Source: an uncultured Phycisphaerales bacterium
GTDB taxonomy: Bacteria > Planctomycetota > Phycisphaerae > Tepidisphaerales > Tepidisphaeraceae
Assembly: GCA_963758525.1 (NCBI GenBank)
Contig: CAVWVQ010000003.1
Coordinates: forward strand, 320,001-384,000
DNA: 64,000 bases
Direction: 5' to 3'
Positions 55,511 to 64,000 of the stretch are shown here, piece by piece (positions within the stretch are counted from its first letter, which is position 1; each line of letters starts with the position of its first letter). The notes below the pieces were generated by a model. The model saw only the letters and a program-made list of their open reading frames with translations, was not told the origin of the DNA and searched no databases. A program made the position numbers and the translations under genes.

Positions 55511-56088
55511 GACGAGCGTGGCGGTTCAGCGATCTTCTTATGCTGCTGACCATCGGGACCTGCGGCTGCGCCGGGCACGCGACGCCCGTCGGCTCCGATC
55601 CTGCGCCCTTTCCGCAGTCGCTGCCCGCTGCCGCAACCGACGATGGGAATGCCGTCGAGACCGAGGCCGGCGCGTGGAAGGCCATCGCCGGGGTGCTCCG
55701 CCCAGGAACGCTGCACGATGGCATCTACACGGTCGTCATTCCGCGGGATGATCTGGATGTCACCGTCGAAGGGATGGTTGTCCCCACGGCGGCAGGCATC
55801 GAGTCGCGGTTCAACTTTTATCATTGCAGTTGCGGGAAAACGAGCGTGCTGGGCGAATTCGTAGTCACCGATTACGAAGCCGACGATGTCATCGGCACGC
55901 TGCTCGACAAGCAGTTCACGGTTGCGTCGCTGGCTCCGTTTCTTCTGCACGAACGCCCCCGATTGCTGTCGATTCATTTTCACGGAGAGGGCAAGAGCGG
56001 CGACATCGCGGCCGTCTTGAAGCAGGCGCTTAGCTATACCGGCAAGCAGCGGGACGCGCCGGCCACGAACATCGGTCAGCCCAGATGA
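55507..56088 (+). CDS. DUF1259 family lipoprotein
   Basis: YTVVIPRDDLDVTV, VLGEFVV, ERPRLLSIHFHG; Cys-containing signal peptide; ATGA overlap with the upstream gene. Confidence 0.65.
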   Translation: MRRAWRFSDLLMLLTIGTCGCAGHATPVGSDPAPFPQSLPAAATDDGNAVETEAGAWKAIAGVLRPGTLHDGIYTVVIPRDDLDVTVEGMVVPTAAGIESRFNFYHCSCGKTSVLGEFVVTDYEADDVIGTLLDKQFTVASLAPFLLHERPRLLSIHFHGEGKSGDIAAVLKQALSYTGKQRDAPATNIGQPR

Positions 56089-56132
56089 ATGGCGGAGCAG
56101 TTTTCGCGGCGTGCGCAGATTTCCGGCCGATG

Positions 56133-56185
56133 GACGATCAACGACGATCAACATTGACGATCAACATCGACGATCAACATTGATC
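56133..56185. repeat. Tandem 13-bp repeat GACGATCAACATY
   Basis: 56143-56155, 56156-56168 and 56169-56181, plus a 10-bp partial at 56133 and GACGATCAA at 56327. Confidence 0.9.
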
Positions 56186-56256
56186 GGGGATCTGCAGCGA
56201 AAGGTCCGCGGTTTTTCGTGTCAGCGACGCGCGTGAAATTTTTCGCTTTTTTGGAT

Positions 56257-56284
56257 TTGATTTTTATGGACGATGGCGTATGAT
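56257..56284 (+). promoter_or_regulatory. Sigma70-like promoter with no convincing downstream protein gene
   Basis: TTGATT-N16-TATGAT preceded by an AT-rich tract. Confidence 0.5.
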
Positions 56285-56289
56285 GACCT

Positions 56290-56530
56290 CGCACACACAC
56301 CGCTGCCGACGACTGCCAGAGGGTGAGACGATCAAAAATAAGCCATGAAGGCTCCGTCGGCGAATAGCTGTCGGAGTTCTTTTTGTCGGGGGTATTCCCC
56401 GAAGAAGGTTCCCCCCCTCCTTCTTCAACCCCCGACATTTTTCTTCACTCTCAACCGCCCGGCCTCCCCTCCGGGCGAACCCCCAAAGTTGAGAGCCTCA
56501 GCCGCGGATCCCCCCGTCCGCGGCTTCTTT
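56290..56530 (+). ncRNA. Candidate small RNA with three C-rich-loop hairpins
   Basis: Hairpins 56384-56437, 56448-56495 and 56500-56525 with C-run loops; upstream promoter; T-rich tail. Not matched to a known family. Confidence 0.45.
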
Positions 56531-56617
56531 ATGCGCACTGCCCGGGATGAAATTCGGAGCACCACGATTCCGGCGCGCGAGACAAGACCCGAAGGGGGAA
56601 GCAGCGCCCAACAATGC

Positions 56618-56676
56618 TCCACCCCCGGAGGGGGTGGCTTTCAGGGGCTTCTAAAGCCACCCCCTCCGGGGGTGGA
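56618..56676. terminator. Long perfect hairpin downstream of the TPR gene
   Basis: TCCACCCCCGGAGGGGGTGGCTTT..AAAGCCACCCCCTCCGGGGGTGGA. Confidence 0.55.
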
Positions 56677-56683
56677 ATTCGCT

Positions 56684-58541
56684 CTACTTGTTCAAATCCG
56701 CGCCGGGTTGCGCGGGTTGATCTGATTTGGGCAACTGCCAGTACTCCTGCATCAGGTGAATTGCGGGGTCCGTGGGGATCGACCGCTTGGCGGCCTGCTG
56801 AAGGTCGGTTGCAGCGGTTTGCGCGTCGCCGGTGTTGTAGGCCACGTACGCCAGCAGGAACCAGGGGCGGCTTTCCTTGGGGTTCTTGTCGGCCAACTCC
56901 TTGAGATCCTTCCGGACGAAGTCCAGGCGGCCGGGGCTGAGCATCGAACCCAGGTCGAGCTGCGCCATGAGCACGGTCGCATCGGCGGCGATGGCACGGC
57001 GAATGCCAGCCTCCGCGGCGGCATAGTAGCCGGCGGCCAGGGTGGCATTGGCACGACCCAAAGCGATCATCTGATTATTTGGAGCGACAATCATCGCTCC
57101 ATCGAACTGCTGGATCGCGGCCTTGAACTTATCATTTTTCAGCGATTCTTCCGCCTTGACGAGCAAGTCGTGCAGGCCTTTCGCCTTGGGAGAAGTGACC
57201 GTGCCGGCGATGCTGCTGATTTTCACCGGTGCGGGGGTCTCCGCGCCGGGAACCGCGCTTGGGCCGGCGCCAGGCGTTGCGCCCGGGGTGCCGGGGCGCC
57301 TGGCGTTCCGGGCGTAGCGCCTGGCGTTCCGGGGGTTGCTCCGGGGGCTCCCGGAGTTTGCGTGCCGGGGGGCTTGATCGCCGTGCTGGCGCGCCTCACA
57401 TTTGGCGTGGTCGATTGAACGTTGAACTGCTTCAACTGCTGCTGCATGGCGGCGTATTGCGCCTGTAGGAGGATGGAGAAACCAGTTGTATTCCCTTCGG
57501 CGCTTCGCCGAAGCCTCCCAGTGCCGAATTTCCCACAGCGTCACTCATCCGGCCGGAAGACGGGCCGTTGATGGGCGAGTTCAGCGGCATTTGCAGCGGC
57601 GAGCCGCTCAGACCCGCGCCATTTTTCCCGACACCTCCAAAGCCTGAGTTCAATGGGTTGCCGCTGGGGGAGTTTAGCGGACCGTTGCCATTGCCATTCG
57701 AGTTGTCGGAGTTGACGTTGCTGTTGCCGTTGAGGTTTCCGTTCAGTTGATTCGGATTGGGGGTGGCCGACTGCGAAGACTGCAACTGCTGTTGCAGCGT
57801 GTTCACCTGATTCTGATCGAGCGAACTGGGAGCCAGTTGGCCCGGCGTGGGGTTGTTGAGATAACTGTTCAAGGCGTCGGCGCTGCCGGCACCCGACAGC
57901 TTGAGTCCGTAGAGGGGCGACGCGGACAGCGTTGATTGAATGTTTGGGGCTGAGGAATCCAATCCTCCGGGCAACTCGAGGAGCGAACTGTTGGTTCCAC
58001 CGGGAATACCGAGAATATTGGTCGTGCCCAACCGAACTCCGGCAAGCTCAGTCGAACTCGCGACAGACGCGTACGGATTGTTTGGGGTAAGACTGGTGCC
58101 GACCGCAGCGCCGGTGCTCCCGAGAAGCACCGTCCCGGTCGGGGGAGCGACGCCACGCGAACTGCCAAAAAACTGTCTGGGGGCGGTGAGGCTGTAATTG
58201 GGCGAATTAGCAGTGGGCACCCCCGACGAACCTGCCGTGAATTGATCTACCCCTGAACCCGGCAGAATTCCGCGAAACGCCACCGGGTCGAACTCCCGCA
58301 ATCTTCCTGTAAGCCCCTTCCCGCCGGTAACGTTGCCGTAGACGATGTCGTTGCTGGTTACCTGGGACGAGCCGCTGCGTCCGGGCCCGTTGTATCCGCC
58401 GCTGCCGACGCCGTTGTTGGCATCCAAAGCATGCCCGTCATTGCTGGTGGCGTATTGCGCGTAAACCGAGTGTGACGCGAGCACCGGCGCGATCGCCAAA
58501 GCCGCCGAAGTCAACCATCGCCGATATGTCTTTGCGCGCAT
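56684..58541 (-). CDS. Secreted low-complexity protein with C-terminal TPR-like helices (frameshifts near 57460 and 57300)
   Basis: Signal peptide; DGHALDAN; N/S/G-rich and PGATPGT repeats; TPR-like FKAAIQQF, WFLLAYVAYNTGD. Confidence 0.65.
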
Positions 58542-58803
58542 GCTCGCACCTTCTTCTTGTTGAAGCCCCTGCCCTATTCTACCCTCGAAAAACCACACGT
58601 ACACCGTAATTTCTGACGCGCCGGGCGGCGAAAAGTTCCAAATCGACCGGCACTCGGCCCCTGCGTCCGATTATACCGCACAGGACATCGGCTGTTCGCG
58701 TTCGGAAGCGGTGCAGAATTTCTGCACAAACACGTCAACGCCGGCAACTGCACCCTACTACTGCTAGGGGTACACGCATCATCCTATCTCTCGGAGAGAC
58801 CTC

Positions 58804-60143
58804 ATGACGTTTCCTAATCCGTTCCAAGCCTGTGGCGGCCGTGACCACGTGCGCCCGGCATCGCGGCGCGAATTCCTGTATGTCGGTCTCATCGGCGGGC
58901 TGGGGCTCACACTGGGAGACTTTATGCGCTCCCGCGCGGCCCTGGGCGCCGACGCCCCGGCCGCCTTGAAAGAAGGCCCGGCGAAGGCCTGTATCCATAT
59001 CTTCCTTCCCGGCGGCCTTTCGCAGCACGAGGCGTTCGACCCCAAACCCAACGCCCCGATCGAATACCGCGGGCCGTTCGGCACGACGCCAACCACCATC
59101 CCCGGCGAGGTTTTCTCGCAGCATCTCCGCGAAACCGGGCAGATCATGGACAAGATCACCGTCATCCGCTCCATGACCCATGGCGAAGCCGCCCACGAGC
59201 GCGGCACCCACAACATGTTCACCGGCTATCGCCCGAGCCCTGCAATTCAGTTCCCCAGTCTGGGCAGCGTCGTCTCCGAGGAATTTGGCCCGCGCCGCAA
59301 CATGCCGCCGTACGTCTGCGTTCCGGCCATGCCCAACCCCTACGCCGGCAGCGGATATCTCAGCTCGGCTTACGGCCCGTTCAGCCTGGCGCAGACCCGG
59401 CGGCGGGAAACTTTACCGTGCGCGACCTGGCCCTCCCCGCCGGCGTTGACGCCGACCGCTTCAGCCGTCGCCAGAGCATGCTCGACACCGTTGACAGCCA
59501 TTTTCGTCAGATCGAAAAGGCCGACGCGCTCTCGTCGATGGACACCTTCTATCAACGCGCGTACAGCCTGATCAGCTCGAAGGAAGCGCGCGAGGCGTTC
59601 GACCTCAAGGCCGAGCCCGACGCCGTCAAGGATCAATACGGCCGCAACGAAGCAGGAATGCGCATGTTGATGGCCCGGCGGCTGGTCGAGGGGGGCGTCC
59701 GATTCGTCTCACTCACCTACGGCGGATGGGATCATCACGCCCGCGTGAAGGATGGAATCGAAAAGCAGTTGCCGCAGTTCGACAAGGCGTTTGCCGCGCT
59801 GATCCGCGATCTGGAAGCGCGGAGGATGCTCGACTCGACGCTGGTGATGGTCAGCTCCGAATTCGGACGCACGCCCAAGGTCAATCAGAATGAGGGTCGC
59901 GATCACTGGCCGCGCGTCTTCAGCGTGGTGCTTGCCGGCGGCGGAATCAAGAAGGGCCTTCTCTACGGCACGTCCGACCCGACCGGATCGGAGCCGGCGG
60001 ACAATCCCTTCACCGTCGAGGAATTAGCCAGCACTGTCTATCACCAACTCGGCATCAACCCCGAAAAGAAACTCCTGTCCCCCGGCGGCCGGCCAATCGA
60101 CATCGTCCGCGGCGCCAAGGTCGTCGACGAATTGATCGCCTGA
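58804..60143 (+). CDS. DUF1501 family protein with Tat signal (frameshift near 59390)
   Basis: SRREFL, IHIFLPGGLSQHEAFDPKP, LMARRLVEGGVRFV, WDHH, SEFGRTPK, GRDHWP. Confidence 0.9.
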
Positions 60144-60198
60144 GAGTGCGACGCCGAACCGGCATTCCCGTGGCGCGTGTGAGCGATCCGGAACTGAT

Positions 60199-62677
60199 AT
60201 GCAGCGTGGATTCCACAATCTTCTACGCCGCTTGCACGGGCAGAATGCCCGTGCCAGGGGGAAGCTGTTCCCCACTCTCCTCGCTTTGGCGTTCTTCACT
60301 TCGCTTGCAAAGGCAGCCAGTCCGGACCTTGGAATCGTGCTGCCGCGCAGTGCGCAGCGCGGCGGCGAAGCCGACCTGGTTCTTCATGGTCAACGCCTCG
60401 CCGATGCGCAGGAGCTTCTCTTCTACGACCCCTCTATCACCGTCACCAGCTTGAGTGCCGCCAATCCCGGGGAGCTGAAGGCACACGTGAAAATCGCGGC
60501 CGACGCGCAGCTTGGAGAGCATCAGCTGCGCGTTCGAACGGCGACTGGCATTTCCGACCTCCGCACCTTTTATGTCGTTCCGTTTCCGATCGTCGAATCC
60601 AAAAAGCCGAACAACAATTTCCATTCGCCTCAGCCGATCGAGCTGAATGTCACCGTTGCGGGCACGATCGAAAACGAGGAGGTCGACTACTTCGTCGTGC
60701 AGGCGAAAAAGGGCCAGCGCATTACCGCGGAGGTGCAGGGGATGCGGCTGGGCGGCGGGCCGTTCGATTCGTATGTCGCGATCCTCGACACCAGCCGATT
60801 CGAGCTGGCCAGTTCCGATGACACGGCGCTGGCCTTGCAGGATCCGATTGCCTCGATGATCGCGCCCGCGGACGGCCCATACGTGATCCAGATCCGCGAG
60901 ACTTCCTACGGCGGCAACGGGGATTGCCGTTATCTCCTGCACGTTGGCACGTTCCCGCGGCCGATGGGAGTTTATCCGCTGGGCGGAAAAGTCGGCGACG
61001 ATCTGCCGCTGCAATTTATCGGCGACGTCGCCGGGCCGATCGCTCAGACCGTGCACCTTCCCGATGTGCCGGCGGCGCGGATCAATCTCTTCGCGCTACA
61101 GGACGGCTTGTCCGCTCCGTCCCCGAATTTTGTACGGGCGTCGCCATTCCCCAACGTGCTGGAAGTCGAGCCCAATAACGATCCGAAGACCGCCACCGTG
61201 GCGAAAATGCCGCTCCCACTGGCGTTCAATGGCGTCATCAGCGCCCCGGGCGACATCGACTATTTCCGCTTTACCGCGAAGAAGGATCAGGCGATTGAGG
61301 TTCGCGTCATCGCCCGGCAGCTTCGCTCGCCGCTCGATTCGGTCCTGACGATCTATAACGCTGACGGCGGGGGCATGGCCAGCAACGATGACGCCGGCGG
61401 CCCCGACAGCTATCTCCGCTTTAATCCCCCCGCCGACGGCGACTATCTGCTCAGCGTCACCGATCAACTGCATCAAGGCGGAATCGATTACACCTACCGC
61501 GTCGAGCTGACCCCCGTTGCGCCGCAACTTTTTGTGACGATCCCCTCCGTCCAGCAGAATTCCCAGGAGCGCCAGGCGATTGCCGTTCCGCGCGGCAACC
61601 GCTTTGCCACCCTCCTCCGCGCCAAACGCGAGGATTTCGGCGGCGAGATCGCCATCGCCTCCGGCGACCTTCCGGCGGGTGTCACGCTCTCCAGCGATAA
61701 CATCCCGGCCAACGGCGATACCATTCCCGTCCTGTTCGAAGCAGCCCCCGATGCTCCCAGCGGCGGAAAGCTTTCCACGCTCAACGCCCATTGCATCGAT
61801 CCCAACCAGCACGTCGACGGTCATTTTCAGCAGGACGTCGATCTGATCATCGGCCCCAACAATACGCCGTTTTACACCAGCCATACCGACAAGCTCGTGG
61901 TCGCGGTGACCAACCCCGTTCCGTTCAAGCTGCACATCGAACAGCCCAAGGTTCCGCTGGTGCAGAACGGGCAGATGAATCTGAAAGTCGTCGCCGAACG
62001 GAATCCGGATTTTCACGGGCCGATCGCGCTGCACATGCTCTTCAATCCGCCCGGCGTCAGCTCGTCGCCGCAGGTCGATATGCCCGGCGACAAGAACGAA
62101 GTGCTCTATCCGCTTCAGCGCCAACGACGGGGCTGAGACGCGGAAATGGAAAATCTGCGTGATGGGCGAGACAGACATCGAAGGTCCGGTCTGGGCATCG
62201 TCGCAACTGGCCGACCTCGAGGTCGCGCCCTCGTTCGTCGCGATGAAGCTGGAGATGACCGCGATCGAGCGCGGCAAATCGACGCCGGTGCTTTGCAACG
62301 TGGAACAGAAGACAAAATTCGATGGCAGCGCGACAGTGAAGCTCATGGGTCTTCCCGCCGACGTGACGGCCGCCGACCTGCCGCTCACCAGCGCCGATCA
62401 AAGGCTGGTCTTCAACGTCATCACCACCGACAAGAGCCCCATCGGCTCCCACTCCTCACTCTTTTGCGAAGTGACATTCGCCCAGAACGGCGAGTCGATC
62501 ATCCAGCAGTCCGGACAGGGAGGGGTGCTGCGGATCGATCCGCCGGCCCCGCCGAAAAAGGACGAGCCGGTGGTTGCCGCGGCGCGCCCGGCGGCGGCTC
62601 CCGCAGCGCCGGCGCCGCAGGCAGTGAAAGTGTTGTCGCGGCTGGAGAAGCTTCGCCTTGAGCAGGAGCAGAAATAG
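60199..62677 (+). CDS. PPC (pre-peptidase C-terminal) repeat protein of the planctomycete DUF1501/DUF1549 module (frameshift near 62120)
   Basis: AQRGG, GEHQLRVRTATGIS, EVDYF, EVEPNND, GDIDYFRF, LRSPLDS, NDDAGGPDS, LSRLEKLR. Confidence 0.8.
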
Positions 62678-62679
62678 CC

Positions 62680-64000
62680 ATGCGATCTGAATTGTGCAAA
62701 ACCGCCCGCCGCCTCTCCGGAGGGCAGACAAACGCGGGTCGGGCAAAAGCGATTGGTGATTGCAAATTGCAAATTGCAAATTGCAAATCTGGGACAGGCA
62801 CGCGCTCGCTTCCCACATTTTGCAATTTGCAATTTGCAATCCCCAATTTGCAATCATGGATTCCCCGCCTGGTCATCGCCCTCTCGATGGTAACCTGCTC
62901 AATGTCTGCGACGCGCACCGCCGACGCCACTGGTCCGGAGGTCTTCGAGGTCTTTCCGACGCAGATTCGACTGAACACCACGCGGGCGGCTCAGTCGCTC
63001 GTCGCGCACGTCGTCGCGCCAGACGGCGTCACGCATGATGTCACCGGCGACGTCCAGTTTGTTCTGCCGACGCCCGCGATTGTTCGCGCCGATGGAAATG
63101 TATTTCATCCCGTTGCCGATGGGTCCGGCCAACTGCAGGTGAAGTATCGCGAACACGTCGTGAACGTTCCTGTTGAGGTGAAAAACGCGACGGTCGATCG
63201 CCCGATCAGCTTCCGGCTCGACGTGATGCCGATCTTCATGCGCGCCGGCTGCAACAGCGGCGCATGCCACGGCTCGGCTCGCGGGAAAGACGGATTTCAT
63301 CTGTCGCTGTTCGGATACGACCCCGACGGCGACTACGACCGGCTGACACGCGAGCTCGCAACGCGCCGAATCAATCTCGCGCTGCCCGCCGAGAGCCTGC
63401 TGCTCACCAAGGCCACGGGAAAAGTTCCGCACACGGGCGGCACGCGATTCAAGGAGGATTCGCCGCTCTACGCGACGATCATGCGCTGGCTCGACGCCGG
63501 TGCGCCGCACGATCCGCCAACGGTTGCCGCCCCGACCTCCGTCGAACTGCTGCCTCATCAGGCGGTGCTGGAAGGCGCTGGCGCTCATCAGCAGTTCACT
63601 CTCCTGGCCCACTATTCCGACGGCACCGACCGCGACGTCACCAACCTCGCGCTGTTCCTCAGCAACAACGACAACTCCGCCAGGATTGACGAGACCGGCC
63701 TGGCGACCGCTGCCAATCGCGGCGAGGCGTTTGTCATGGCGCGCTTCGCGACCTTCACCGTCGGCTCCCAGGTCATCGTCATCCCGAAAGACGCCGTCTA
63801 TCGCTGGCCTGACGTCCCCGAGAGCAACTTCATCGACACGCTGGTGAACAACAAGCTCAAGAAACTCCGCATGCTGCCGTCGGACCTGTGCAGCGATGAG
63901 GTCTTTCTCCGCCGGGCGTATATCGACGTCATCGGATTGCTCCCGACGCGCGAAGAGCACGATCGCTACATGGCCAGCACCGATCCGCTCAAGCGCGACA
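62680..64000 (+). CDS. DUF1549/DUF1553 protein with Ig-like (BIG2) domains; partial, not in the ORF track
   Basis: ATG 62680 with AGGAG RBS; ISFRLDVMPIFMRAGCNSGACHGSARGKDGFHLSLFGYDP, HYSDGTDRDVT, NFIDTLV, SDEVFLRRAYIDVIGLLPT. Confidence 0.85.
   Translation, partial: MRSELCKTARRLSGGQTNAGRAKAIGDCKLQIANCKSGTGTRSLPTFCNLQFAIPNLQSWIPRLVIALSMVTCSMSATRTADATGPEVFEVFPTQIRLNTTRAAQSLVAHVVAPDGVTHDVTGDVQFVLPTPAIVRADGNVFHPVADGSGQLQVKYREHVVNVPVEVKNATVDRPISFRLDVMPIFMRAGCNSGACHGSARGKDGFHLSLFGYDPDGDYDRLTRELATRRINLALPAESLLLTKATGKVPHTGGTRFKEDSPLYATIMRWLDAGAPHDPPTVAAPTSVELLPHQAVLEGAGAHQQFTLLAHYSDGTDRDVTNLALFLSNNDNSARIDETGLATAANRGEAFVMARFATFTVGSQVIVIPKDAVYRWPDVPESNFIDTLVNNKLKKLRMLPSDLCSDEVFLRRAYIDVIGLLPTREEHDRYMASTDPLKRD
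62757..62855. repeat. Inverted heptamer arrays (TTGCAAA)n/(TTTGCAA)n
   Basis: Four copies at 62760-62787, inverted copies at 62818-62855. Confidence 0.9.

Noticed and set aside
56133..56185. CRISPR array or replication-origin 13-mers
   Set aside because: The repeats have no spacers and there are no cas genes; no DnaA boxes or dnaA/rep gene were seen nearby.

Overview
GC-rich bacterial chromosomal segment, most consistent with a Planctomycetota (probably Phycisphaerae-like) genome, based on DUF1501/DUF1800/DUF1549 modules, prepilin-type proteins and a PVC-type beta-propeller protein. Many otherwise intact genes (alaC, shc, fliD, lpxK, lpxA, mqnD and others) carry single-base frameshifts, most simply explained as long-read assembly indels. 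Housekeeping content includes hppA, rph, gluQ, lpxA, lpxK, tadA, mqnD, fliD/fliS, prkA/yeaH, tRNA-Arg(CCT) and tRNA-Gly(CCC). There is a hopanoid cluster (hpnN-like MMPL, hpnO, shc) extended by a FemAB-like GNAT, two SMR/EamA proteins and a desaturase. An IS5-family element has cut a vapC toxin gene. Two RAYT/Y1 HUH genes are present: one is flanked by its own GAAC-tailed palindromes and the other has Phe at the catalytic Tyr position. The strongest leads are: (1) the RAYT with a non-GTAG REP type; (2) two orphan plus-strand small-RNA candidates with C-rich, anti-Shine-Dalgarno-like hairpin loops (about 33490-33727 and 56290-56530); (3) a possible aminohopanoid acylation/export module; (4) roughly nine families of palindromic or tandem repeats, several of which lie in-frame inside proteins. 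All family assignments come from motif recognition by eye; no database searches were run.
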